DNA from: Candidatus Allofournierella merdipullorum
GTDB lineage: Bacteria > Bacillota > Clostridia > Oscillospirales > Ruminococcaceae
NCBI GenBank assembly: GCA_019116345.1
Contig: DXBV01000063.1
Coordinates: 17,574 to 81,573 of the forward strand
Reading direction: 5' to 3'
Length of the DNA: 64,000 nucleotides
Shown here piece after piece: positions 1 to 8,630 of the stretch. A model generated the notes under the pieces. The model was not told where the DNA came from, ran no database searches, and saw nothing but the letters and a program-made list of their open reading frames with translations. The position numbers and the translations under genes were made by a program. Within the stretch, counting starts at the first letter, position 1. Each line of letters opens with the position of its first letter.

Positions 1-593
1 TCATTGCCGAACATCCAGCGCAGCAGGTCGATGCCGTGGATGCACTGGTTCATCAGGCAGCCGCCGTCCTGGGCCCAGGTGCCCCGCCAGGGCGCCTGCT
101 CGTAGTATGCCCGGTTGCGGTTCCAGCGCACGTGGATGCTGCCGTGGCTCAAGGTGCCGAAGCGGCCGGCCTCCAGCGCCTGCCGGGTCTTCTGCACCGC
201 CACGTTGAAGCGGTTCTGGTGGCAGGCGCAGACGGTGACGCCCTTTTCCTCGCTGCGGCGGATGATCTCCTCGGCGTCCGCCATGGTCATGGCCATGGGC
301 TTTTCGATGATCACGTTCACGCCGGCGTCGATGCAGTCCAGGGCGATGCGGGCGTGCAGGCCGCTCTCGGTGGCGATGGCGACGAGCTCCAGCTCGGGAT
401 GCTCCGCCAGAAGCTGCTTGTAGTCGGTGTAGCGGGCGATGGAGGGATCCTGTTCCAGGCCGTGCTTTTCCAAAAGCGCCTGCATGTGTTCCGGCAGGAT
501 GTCACACACCGCCACCAGCTCCAGGCCGTTGTTCAGCACCGCTTTGATGTGGTTGGTGGCGATGCGGCCGCAGCCGATCAGGGCGTATTTCAT
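1..593 (-). CDS. Gfo/Idh/MocA-family NAD-dependent sugar-nucleotide oxidoreductase, WbpB-like (C-terminus outside window)
   Basis: Absent from the ORF track because it runs off the left edge. My reverse-complement translation from ATG 593-591 reads MKYALIGCGRIATNHIKAVLNNGLELVAVCDILPEHMQALLEKHGL...VIIEKPMAMT...CHQNRFN...WRGTWAQDGGCLMNQCIHGIDLLRWMFGN with no stop. It has an N-terminal GxGxxA Rossmann motif and the EKP motif of this family. It starts 1 nt after the stop of the upstream dehydrogenase gene. Confidence 0.8.
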   Translation of the reverse strand, partial: MKYALIGCGRIATNHIKAVLNNGLELVAVCDILPEHMQALLEKHGLEQDPSIARYTDYKQLLAEHPELELVAIATESGLHARIALDCIDAGVNVIIEKPMAMTMADAEEIIRRSEEKGVTVCACHQNRFNVAVQKTRQALEAGRFGTLSHGSIHVRWNRNRAYYEQAPWRGTWAQDGGCLMNQCIHGIDLLRWMFGN

Positions 594-594
594 T

Positions 595-1920
595 TTACAG
601 CACCTCGATGTTGTCCCGGTTTTCCACGTTCTTCATCACGTTCTTGGTGTCGAAGACCGCCGAAGCGTTCTGCTGCACCATGTTGTAATCCACGTTGCTG
701 TGGGCGCAGGTGACCATCACCAGGTCCGCCTGCCGTACCACCTCGGGGGTCAGGGCGGGGATGCTGTGGAGCACCTTGCCGCCGTGCTTGCACTCGGCCA
801 CCCAGGGATCGTAGTAGGTGACCTGGGCACCCACCTTGTTCAGCTCGTCGATGACCCGCAGGGCCGGGCTCTCCCGGTAGTCGTCGATGTCCTGCTTGTA
901 GGCCACGCCCAGCACCAGCACCTTGGCCCCGTTGATGGCTTTCTTGTGGCGGTTCAGGATGTGCATCGCCCGCTCCACGCAGTACTCCGGCTGGCCGTCG
1001 TTGATGACCATGCTGTTCTCGATGAGGGTGGTGTGGAAGCCGTACTCCCGGGCTTTCCAGGTGAGATAGTAGGGGTCCAGGGGGATGCAGTGGCCGCCCA
1101 GGCCCGGGCCGGGATAGAACGCCTGGAAGCCGTAGGGCTTGGTCTTGGCCGCGTCCACCACCTCCCAGATGGAGATGCCCATGCGGTTGCACAGCCGGGC
1201 CAGCTCGTTCACCAGGCCGATGTTGATGTTGCGGTAGGTGTTCTCCAGGATCTTTTCCATCTCCGCCACCGCCGGGCTGGAGACCTCTTTCACGTCGCCC
1301 TCCAGCACCGCCCGGTACATGGCGGCGATGACCTCTGTGGCGTCCTTGCCGACGCCGCCCACCACCTTGGGGGTGTTCTTGGTTTTGTAGATCAGGTTGC
1401 CCGGATCCACCCGCTCGGGGCTGAAGCCCAGGTAGAAGTCCTCGCCGCAGACAAGGCCGCTGCCCTGCTCCAGCAGCGGGCGGATCAGCTCCTCGGTGGT
1501 GCCGGGATAGGTGGTGGACTCCAGCACCACCATGGTGCCGGCTTTCAGGTGCTTGGACACGGCGATGGTGGAATCCCGCACGAAGCTGATGTCCGGCTCC
1601 TGGTGGGCGTCCAGCGGGGTGGGCACGCAGATGGCGATAAAATCCACGTCCTTGATAAAGCTGAAATCGGTGGTGGCGCGCAGTTTGCCGGCCTTGACGA
1701 TCTCCTCCAGGTCGCTGTCCACCACGTCGCCGATGTAATTCCTGCCGGCGTTGACCATGTCCACCTTGGCCGCCTGCACGTCAAACCCGATGGTCTCGAA
1801 CCCGGCCTTGGCCTTTTCCACCGCAAGAGGCAGGCCCACATACCCCAGGCCGACAACGCCCACCCGGATGGTCTTGTCTTCGATCTTTTTCAGAAGTTCT
1901 TGCTTCATCATGTTTTCCAT
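595..1920 (-). CDS. Nucleotide-sugar 6-dehydrogenase (UDP-GlcNAc/UDP-ManNAc dehydrogenase family; WbpA/WecC/TviB-like)
   Basis: 441-aa ORF with Rossmann motif VGVVGLGYVGLPLA, catalytic Cys block GLGGHCIPLDPYYL and C-terminal VLVLGVAYKQDIDDYRESPA. These are hallmarks of the UDP-glucose/GDP-mannose dehydrogenase family. In-frame ATGs at codons 1, 4 and 5 leave the exact start uncertain. Confidence 0.9.
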   Translation of the reverse strand: MENMMKQELLKKIEDKTIRVGVVGLGYVGLPLAVEKAKAGFETIGFDVQAAKVDMVNAGRNYIGDVVDSDLEEIVKAGKLRATTDFSFIKDVDFIAICVPTPLDAHQEPDISFVRDSTIAVSKHLKAGTMVVLESTTYPGTTEELIRPLLEQGSGLVCGEDFYLGFSPERVDPGNLIYKTKNTPKVVGGVGKDATEVIAAMYRAVLEGDVKEVSSPAVAEMEKILENTYRNINIGLVNELARLCNRMGISIWEVVDAAKTKPYGFQAFYPGPGLGGHCIPLDPYYLTWKAREYGFHTTLIENSMVINDGQPEYCVERAMHILNRHKKAINGAKVLVLGVAYKQDIDDYRESPALRVIDELNKVGAQVTYYDPWVAECKHGGKVLHSIPALTPEVVRQADLVMVTCAHSNVDYNMVQQNASAVFDTKNVMKNVENRDNIEVL

Positions 1921-2010
1921 TCGTCCTTTCGATGGTTTAAATACGTATATCCAGATATCGCAGGATATCTTTCCGAAACAGATGTCGCGGGCCCTTGCGC
2001 CAGCCTTTTA

Positions 2011-2039
2011 ATTATACCGATCATTGGCCCTTTATGCAA
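2011..2039 (-). promoter_or_regulatory. Predicted sigma-A-type promoter of the dehydrogenase/oxidoreductase operon
   Basis: On the minus strand: TTGCAT (2039-2034), 17-nt spacer, TATAAT (2016-2011), about 90 nt upstream of the start at 1920. Sequence match only. Confidence 0.35.
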
Positions 2040-2256
2040 CTGCCTGCGCCCCGTCCTGTTTCCCTGGCGTAACATCCGGCGCCTTTGTGTAACGCTTTTT
2101 GGATATTCTGGTCCGGGCGCGGCCCGGCCAGCCAGGCAGTCCGTATTATTATAGCACTATTTCAGGTGAATTTCATCCCTTTCCCTGCAAATGCTACAAT
2201 TTGTACACATATTGGCCGGCGGCGCCGGGCCGGGGGATGGGCGCAGGGTGCTCGCG

Positions 2257-3627
2257 TCACGCCGGGGCGGACTGCTCGCTGCCGGCCGCCGCCCGCATCC
2301 TGCGGCGCAGCACCAGGAAGCAGATCAGGTGTACCACCGCCGTGAGCCCCCAGGACACCGGGTAGGACAAATACAGACACAGCTGGGTGCGCTCCCACTG
2401 GAACAGGGTCATCACCCAGACGATCCGCAGCACGCAGGCGCCCAGGATGGACACCACCATGGGCAGCAGCGAGGAGCCCAGGCCCCGGACGCTGCAGGCC
2501 AGGCAGTCCATCCAGCCGCAGAGGAAATAGGTGGTGCAGACCACGCTCATCCGGTACAGGCCGTAGGTGATGACCTGGGCGTCGGGGGTGTAGATGGCCA
2601 GCAGCCAGCGCCCCGCCAGGTAGGCGCTGGCGCCCAGGGTGATACCCACCGCCGCCGACAGCAGCATACACCGGGCCACCACCTGGTCCACCCGGGCAAA
2701 GCGCCTGGCGCCCGCGTTCTGGCTGACAAAGCTCATGGAGGTCTGGGACACGGCGTTCATGCAGGTGTAGACGAAGCCCTCGATGTTGGAGGCCGCCGTG
2801 TTGCCCGCCATCACCGACGAGCCAAAGCTGTTCACCGACGACTGGATCAGCACGTTGGACAGGCTGAACACCATGCCCTGCACGCCGGCGGGCACGCCGA
2901 TCCGCAGGATCTCCCGGAACTGCTCCGGGTCGATGCGAAGCTCGCCCAGCACCAGCCGGAACGCCCCGGTGTTGTGCTGCAGGCAGACCACGATCAGGTA
3001 GGCGGACACCGTCTGGCTGAGGATGGTCGCCAGGGCCACGCCCACCACCCCCAGGGAAAAGGCGATGACAAACAACAGGTTCAGGGCCACGTTGATGATG
3101 CCCGCCAGGGTGAGGAAGTACAGGGGCCGCCGCGTGTCGCCCACCGCCCGCAAAATGGCCGCGCCGAAGTTGTACACCAGCAGGCTGGGCGCGCCCACAA
3201 AGTAGATGCGCAGATACAGGGTGGCCTGGTCGATCACGTCGTCGGGGGTGCCCATCAGCTCCAGCATGGGCCGGGAGGCCGCCACCCCCACGAAGATCAG
3301 CAGCACGCCCCCCGCCAGCGCGGTGAGCATGGCGGTGTGTACCCCCTTGTGTACCGCGTCCATGTTTTTCGCCCCGTAGCTGCGGGCGATGAGCACGTTG
3401 GCGCCCACCGACAGCCCGATGAACAGGTTGACGATCAGGTTGATGAGCGCCGAGGTGGAACCCACCGCCGCCAGCGCCGTGTGGCCGGTGTAGCGGCCCA
3501 CCACGATGATGTCCGCCGCGTTGAACAGCAGCTGCAGCACGCCCGAGCACATCAGCGGAAAGGAAAAGGTCAGGATCTTGCCCAGCAGCGGGCCGCTGGT
3601 CATGTTCATCTCATAGCTTCGCGCCAA
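2257..3627 (-). CDS. MATE-family efflux transporter
   Basis: 456-aa highly hydrophobic ORF. The N-terminus MNMTSGPLLGKILTFSFPLMCSGVLQLLFNAADIIVVGRY and the repeated 6+6 TM layout are typical of NorM/DinF-type MATE proteins. Confidence 0.85.
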   Translation of the reverse strand: MARSYEMNMTSGPLLGKILTFSFPLMCSGVLQLLFNAADIIVVGRYTGHTALAAVGSTSALINLIVNLFIGLSVGANVLIARSYGAKNMDAVHKGVHTAMLTALAGGVLLIFVGVAASRPMLELMGTPDDVIDQATLYLRIYFVGAPSLLVYNFGAAILRAVGDTRRPLYFLTLAGIINVALNLLFVIAFSLGVVGVALATILSQTVSAYLIVVCLQHNTGAFRLVLGELRIDPEQFREILRIGVPAGVQGMVFSLSNVLIQSSVNSFGSSVMAGNTAASNIEGFVYTCMNAVSQTSMSFVSQNAGARRFARVDQVVARCMLLSAAVGITLGASAYLAGRWLLAIYTPDAQVITYGLYRMSVVCTTYFLCGWMDCLACSVRGLGSSLLPMVVSILGACVLRIVWVMTLFQWERTQLCLYLSYPVSWGLTAVVHLICFLVLRRRMRAAAGSEQSAPA

Positions 3628-3872
3628 GGAAAAACGCCCTCTTTCTCGGTTTTACATCCTTTTTACATACTTTCGTCCGTGTCCTATCATAGCACAGATC
3701 CGCCGGTTCGCAAGCCGCAATTTTCCAAAGGCGGCCCGCCGGCGGGCCGCGGCGGTTTGTTCTCTTGCATTTCACCGGCCATATCCTTTATAATAGGGAT
3801 GGATCTTCCCCCGGCGGCCCCAGGGCCACGCGGGCCGGGGTCCGGATCGAAGCAACAAAGGAGAACTGTATT

Positions 3873-5069
3873 ATGCGAACTGTCGGCACTACATCCCGCG
3901 GCGTGCGCTGCCCGGTGATCCGGGAGGGGGACGACCTGGTCAAGATCGTCACCGACGCCATCCTTGCCTGCGGCGAGGAGCAGCATATCGAGTTTCAGGA
4001 CAAGGACATCGTGGCGGTGACCGAGGCGGTGGTGGCCCGCAGCCAGGGCAACTACGCCAGCGTGGACGCCATCGCGGCGGACTGTGCCGCCAAGTTCGGC
4101 ACCGACACCATCGGCCTGACCTTTCCCATCCTGAGCCGCAACCGCATCGCCATCTGCCTGAAAGGCATCGCCCGGGCGTTCAAAAAGGCCTATATCCTGA
4201 TGAGCTACCCCAGCGACGAGGTGGGCAACCACCTGTTTGACGAGGACCTGCTGGACGAAAAGGGCGTGAACCCCTGGAGCGACGTGCTCAGCGAGGAGAA
4301 GTACCGCCAGCTGTTCGGCTATGTGAAGCACCCGTTCACCGGCGTGGACTATGTGGAGTACTACGGCGAGCTCTTCCGCAGCCAGGGCTGCGAGGTGGAA
4401 TTCGTCTTCGCCAACGACGTGCGGGCCATCCTGCCCTACACCAAAAACGTGCTCTGCTGCGACATCCACAGCCGTTTTCGCTCCAAGCGCCGGCTGGAGG
4501 CGGCGGGCGCCGAGAAAGTGCTGCTGCTCAGCGACATCCTCACCGCCCCGGTGAGCGGCAGCGGCTGCAACGAGAAGTTCGGCCTGCTGGGCTCCAACAA
4601 GGCCACCGAGGAGAGCGTGAAGCTGTTCCCCCGTGACTGCGAGACCTTTGTGGCCCGGCTGGCGGCCAGCCTGCGCGAGGCCACCGGCAAACAGATCGAG
4701 GCCATGGTCTACGGCGACGGCGCTTTCAAGGACCCGGTGGGCAAGATCTGGGAGCTGGCGGACCCGGTGGTGAGCCCGGCCTACACCCTGGGCCTGGAGG
4801 GCCAGCCCAACGAGCTGAAGCTGAAATACCTGGCGGACAACGACTTTGCCGATCTCTCCGGCGAGGCCCTCACCGCCGCCATCAAGGAGAGCATCACCCA
4901 CAAGGACGCGGACCTGAAAGGCCAGATGGCCAGCCAGGGCACCACCCCCCGCCGCCTCACCGACCTGATCGGCAGCCTGTGCGACCTCACGTCCGGCTCC
5001 GGCGACAAGGGCACCCCCATCATCCTCATCCAGGGCTATTTCGACAACTTCGCCAAAGAGGAGAAGTGA
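3873..5069 (+). CDS. CofE-like (F420-0:gamma-glutamyl ligase family) protein, function unknown
   Basis: The ORF track gives 3765-5069. I prefer ATG 3873, which is preceded by AAAGGAG. The N-terminus RGVRCPVIREGDDLVKIV...DKDIVAVTEAVVARSQGNY and the C-terminus LTDLIGSLCDLTSGSGDKGTPIILIQGYF resemble CofE blocks as I remember them, with a large insertion between them. Confidence 0.6.
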   Translation: MRTVGTTSRGVRCPVIREGDDLVKIVTDAILACGEEQHIEFQDKDIVAVTEAVVARSQGNYASVDAIAADCAAKFGTDTIGLTFPILSRNRIAICLKGIARAFKKAYILMSYPSDEVGNHLFDEDLLDEKGVNPWSDVLSEEKYRQLFGYVKHPFTGVDYVEYYGELFRSQGCEVEFVFANDVRAILPYTKNVLCCDIHSRFRSKRRLEAAGAEKVLLLSDILTAPVSGSGCNEKFGLLGSNKATEESVKLFPRDCETFVARLAASLREATGKQIEAMVYGDGAFKDPVGKIWELADPVVSPAYTLGLEGQPNELKLKYLADNDFADLSGEALTAAIKESITHKDADLKGQMASQGTTPRRLTDLIGSLCDLTSGSGDKGTPIILIQGYFDNFAKEEK

Positions 5070-5095
5070 CGGCGGCCCGAACACCGCACACAAAA

Positions 5096-5131
5096 GCGGG
5101 CGCATCGTTTTGACGATGCGCCCGCTTTTTT
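5096..5131. terminator. Bidirectional intrinsic terminator between convergent genes
   Basis: Stem GCGGGCGCATCG (5096-5107) pairs with CGATGCGCCCGC (5114-5125). It is flanked by an A-run (5092-5095) and a T-run (5126-5131). Confidence 0.8.
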
Positions 5132-5147
5132 CGCGTTGGCGCGGGGG

Positions 5148-6413
5148 TCAGTCCTCGAGGCGCCCGAAGCAGCGGAACAGATAGAACGTGTTGGCAAAAC
5201 CGGTGAGCAGAACGATGAGCAGCGTCGTGGCTGCGGCGCCCATCGAGCCCCACCACTGGATGAAGAACCAGTTCGAAAGGATGTTCGCGGGGCCGGACAC
5301 GGCGGACACGATGAAGTTGAACCTGAGCTTGCGCTGGGTGGTCATCAGGTTGCCGGCGATGGTGCGGAACGTGCCGGAGAAAAAGTAGCTCACCGCCAGC
5401 ACCCGGAACACCGGCACCGCGTCCAGGTAGATCTCGCCGAACAGGATGCGGATCAGCAGCGGGGCGAACAGGAACAGCCCCCCGGAGATGATCGCGTTCA
5501 GGCCGCCCACCGCCGCCAGCGTGGCCTTGTAGTGCTGTATGCACCACTGCTTTTCCCGGTTGTGCCGCGCGAAATAGGGATACAGATACACCGCGATGGC
5601 CGACGGGATAAAGGTAAGCGCGGTGGGGATGGTGGTGGCCACCTTGTAGCTGGCCAGGATGGTCTCGTTGGGGTCCACGATGCCCAGCACGAACACGTCG
5701 GACAGATACAGCAGCTGGGACAGGCCGTTGGTGGCCATGGACAACAGCGAGATCTTGACAAGGTCCACCCGGTCGGTGCGGTCGATGGCGCCGGGGCGGC
5801 CCAGCAGCCGGAACAGCGGGAACCTGAGCACGCAGCCGGCGTAGACAAAGGTGAGCAGCAGCGCCAGGTATTTGCCCCAGACCAGGCCGTATTCCCGGGC
5901 CGCCACCGCGCCCAGGATGGAGCACACGCAGACGCACAGGGTATTCACCGTGTTGAGCGCCGCATACTCCCTGTTGCGCCTCTGCCCCCGGAGGTAGATG
6001 GTCATCCACTCGAAGATGAATTGCAGCGGCGGCAGCAGACACAGTGCCTGGATCATCCGGCCGCCGCCGGGGATGGAGAGGGGCAGCAGGGTGCCGATGA
6101 GCACCAGCAGCACCGTCAGCGCCCCGTCGGCATACAGGCCCACCCGCGCGCCGAAGCGGCACAGATCATCGTAGCAGGCCCTGTCGTCCGCCCGCTCGCT
6201 GCACAGCTGCAACAGCCCCGACACCACACCCAGCCCGTTGAGCAGCAGCACCAGGCTGTAGATGTTCCAGGCGTAGGTGAAGACCCCGTACGCCTCCTTG
6301 GAGATCAGCCGCACCAGCACCACGTTGCTGAGGAACGTGAGGATCTTGTTGATGACGCTGCTGCCGAAGATGTGGAAAAAGCCGGTTTGAAAAAGTTTTT
6401 TAAAAGCTCCCAT
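5148..6413 (-). CDS. wzx: Polysaccharide/oligosaccharide flippase (Wzx, MOP superfamily)
   Basis: 421-aa multi-TM ORF. The N-terminus FFHIFGSSVINKILTFLSNVVLVRLISKEAYGVFTYAWNI is typical of polysaccharide-biosynthesis (Wzx/RfbX) flippases. It is the last gene of the glycosyltransferase operon. Confidence 0.8.
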   Translation of the reverse strand: MGAFKKLFQTGFFHIFGSSVINKILTFLSNVVLVRLISKEAYGVFTYAWNIYSLVLLLNGLGVVSGLLQLCSERADDRACYDDLCRFGARVGLYADGALTVLLVLIGTLLPLSIPGGGRMIQALCLLPPLQFIFEWMTIYLRGQRRNREYAALNTVNTLCVCVCSILGAVAAREYGLVWGKYLALLLTFVYAGCVLRFPLFRLLGRPGAIDRTDRVDLVKISLLSMATNGLSQLLYLSDVFVLGIVDPNETILASYKVATTIPTALTFIPSAIAVYLYPYFARHNREKQWCIQHYKATLAAVGGLNAIISGGLFLFAPLLIRILFGEIYLDAVPVFRVLAVSYFFSGTFRTIAGNLMTTQRKLRFNFIVSAVSGPANILSNWFFIQWWGSMGAAATTLLIVLLTGFANTFYLFRCFGRLED

Positions 6414-6428
6414 GCCAAACCAACGTCC

Positions 6429-7715
6429 TTATGTAATTGCCTCTTCCCGGGCACTGCCGGCGGCCAGCCGCTCGCCCAGCTGGTAAGCCTGGGCCACGCA
6501 GTCTTCGATGGAGCAGTATTTCCAGTCGCCGTAGCGGCCGATGGTGTGGATGTGCTCCTGGGCGAGGCGGGCCTTGAGCTGCTCCTTTTCCCGCTGGGAC
6601 TCCGCGGAGATGTGGACATAGGCCGGGTCCATCAGCACGCAGTTCCAGGCAAGCAGTTTGTGGGCGGTGACCAGCCCGGCCTTTTTCAGGTCGCACAGCA
6701 CCCGGTCGAACCAGTCCTCCGGCCGGACCCGGGCGTCCTCCGGCAGGCCGATCTCCACATAGAGGCTCATCTTGTCCCGGTGGAGGATGTTGTTGTAGAA
6801 GCCCACCCGGTAGAACACCAGGTCGGGGTCCGGGTAGTAGATCCAGTGGACCGTCCGGTCTTCAGGGGGCGCGTCGAAGCCCAGGTTGAAGATCAGGACC
6901 TTGTTGGAGGTGTAGCTCGCCCGGTGGGGCAGGCCGCACATGCTGAGCAGCCGGGGGAACGGCATGGTGCTGATCAGCCGCCGGTAGTGTACCTCCAGAT
7001 CACCCGCGACCGCCACCTGCCGGTCGGGCAGGATCCTTTCCACCTGCCGGCCCAGCCGGAGGCTGCCGGCGTCCACCTCTTTCAGCAGCTCCTCCACAAA
7101 GGCCGCCGCGCCTTTGGCGGAATAGAAGAACGTGTCGTTGTAGGTGCCGATCTTCTCCCCGCGAAAATGCCGGATGATCTCCGCAGGCTCCGCCTTTGGG
7201 AAAAAGTGGCCCATGGCGTCGATGTCCAGCTCGTTCAGGTCGCAGGAATAGAGCTTTTCGTTGTAGGGGATGAGGAATTTCTCGGCGATGGGCACGCCGA
7301 ATTTCGCATACAGCATCTCCTTGAAGTTGGCGGGCGCTTCCCCGCCCCGCCCCTCGAACAGGCCGCACAGGCAGTCGATGAACTCCTCCTTGTCCAGCTG
7401 GCAGATGTTGAACTGAAAGGGGTAGTCCACATAGCGGCCGCGGTAGAAGATAAGGGTGCGCTTGTGGTTGTACACATTGTCCCCGCTTTGGAGGAACGGG
7501 GCGAACCTGCGCCGGAGCTGCTGCTGGCTGAAATGAAAAAAGTGGCCCGCGTAGTCCCAGACGAACTCCCCCGCGTAAAAGGTCCGGCAATATCCCCCCG
7601 CTTCACGCTCCTTTTCCAGGATGAGATAGGAGCCCGCCTTTAGCCGGGAGGCCAGCGCCAGGCCGGACACCCCGGCGCCTATGATCAGATTTTCGGTGTG
7701 GACCGCTGTTTTCAT
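6429..7715 (-). CDS. FAD-dependent UDP-galactopyranose mutase-like enzyme (long, eukaryote-like form)
   Basis: Dinucleotide-binding motif IIGAGVSGLALASRL..LILEKEREAGG. The blocks YRGRYVDYPFQFNICQLDKEEFIDCL and C-terminal IGRYGDWKYCSIEDCVAQA resemble long-form UGMs from memory. The ORF track starts at 7721; I prefer the ATG at 7715 because the SD GAGGG abuts the first ATG. Confidence 0.65.
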   Translation of the reverse strand: MKTAVHTENLIIGAGVSGLALASRLKAGSYLILEKEREAGGYCRTFYAGEFVWDYAGHFFHFSQQQLRRRFAPFLQSGDNVYNHKRTLIFYRGRYVDYPFQFNICQLDKEEFIDCLCGLFEGRGGEAPANFKEMLYAKFGVPIAEKFLIPYNEKLYSCDLNELDIDAMGHFFPKAEPAEIIRHFRGEKIGTYNDTFFYSAKGAAAFVEELLKEVDAGSLRLGRQVERILPDRQVAVAGDLEVHYRRLISTMPFPRLLSMCGLPHRASYTSNKVLIFNLGFDAPPEDRTVHWIYYPDPDLVFYRVGFYNNILHRDKMSLYVEIGLPEDARVRPEDWFDRVLCDLKKAGLVTAHKLLAWNCVLMDPAYVHISAESQREKEQLKARLAQEHIHTIGRYGDWKYCSIEDCVAQAYQLGERLAAGSAREEAIT

Positions 7716-7724
7716 CTGCATCCC

Positions 7725-8600
7725 TCAAAGATCCAAAACGTGATACTCGCTGTACAATTCCTGTATCTTCTCTGGCGCGTAGTGCTCCAGAACATAGTCA
7801 TGGCCCACCAGGTTCAGTTCCGGCGCCTTTTCGATAACGGAGCAAAAGGCGCGGTCGACCGCGTCGATGTCCATCGACGCCGGGGCCACGGCCCCCGGAT
7901 GCTCATACCGGTAGACCACCTGCTTGCCTTTCGCCAGCGCTTCCATGAGCATCAGCGACAGCCCGTCGTGTTCCGGCAGGCGCACCAGCACCGAGATCTT
8001 CCGGTACATCTCTTCCATCTGCCCGGCGTCCAGTGTTCCGCAAAAGATGACATTGTCGGCGGCGGGCGTCTCGAAGCCCTTGTTTGCCACGATGTAAAAG
8101 GGGATGTCCGGGTGCCGCGCCGCCAGGGCCGTCACCAGCTCCGCGTGGTAGAACGTCTCTTTTCCCTGGGGGATGTAGGCCAGCGCGGCGTGGCGCGGCG
8201 GCACGCTTTGCAGCTCCATGGGCAGCTGCTGGGGTACGATGGGGATGAACTGCGCCCGGATGCCCACCGACGCCAGCTCCTGCCGAAGCAGCGGGCTGCA
8301 CGCCAGGTGCATCGCGTGGTCATAAACCCGCAGCCGCCTGGGTGCGCGGAGGTAGTTGTACACGTCGGTGCCGATCCAGTGGATGATCAGCTTTTTGCGG
8401 CACAGGCCGGCGAACCGGACGATCCTTTCGCTGAAGTTGCCCACAACATACACCCGGTCCGCCCGGAGGATGCCCAGCGCCATGTCGAGCCTGCCCCGCC
8501 AGCCGCTGCCGCGCGGCGCAAAGAACCGGCGCTCGCCGGATGCCAAGAGCTTTTGGATGTGCTTCGTCTGGCCCGAACCCACAAGAAATATCCTCTGCAC
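7725..8600 (-). CDS. Glycosyltransferase (short GT-B/GT4-like)
   Basis: 291-aa ORF with a GTG start preceded by AAGGGGAG. The C-terminal block VRLPEHDGLSLMLMEALAKGKQVV matches the E-x7-E-type sugar-donor region of GT4 enzymes. Confidence 0.7.
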   Translation of the reverse strand: MQRIFLVGSGQTKHIQKLLASGERRFFAPRGSGWRGRLDMALGILRADRVYVVGNFSERIVRFAGLCRKKLIIHWIGTDVYNYLRAPRRLRVYDHAMHLACSPLLRQELASVGIRAQFIPIVPQQLPMELQSVPPRHAALAYIPQGKETFYHAELVTALAARHPDIPFYIVANKGFETPAADNVIFCGTLDAGQMEEMYRKISVLVRLPEHDGLSLMLMEALAKGKQVVYRYEHPGAVAPASMDIDAVDRAFCSVIEKAPELNLVGHDYVLEHYAPEKIQELYSEYHVLDL

Positions 8601-8630
8601 ACTGCGTCTCCCCTTTTTATGCTTGCCTTT

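Noticed and set aside
439-2154. Very long ORFs antisense to recognisable genes. Examples: 439-2154(+), 2191-3918(+), 13553-16168(+), 23390-26014(-), 32527-34620(-), 34196-36106(-), 38638-41277(+), 47023-48981(+), 56369-59584(+), 60353-62083(-).
   Set aside because: They lie entirely opposite ORFs with clear family motifs. Their products are low-complexity Ala/Gly/Arg/His/Pro/Val strings, and they lack SD sites. This is the expected stop-codon-poor antisense frame in high-GC DNA.
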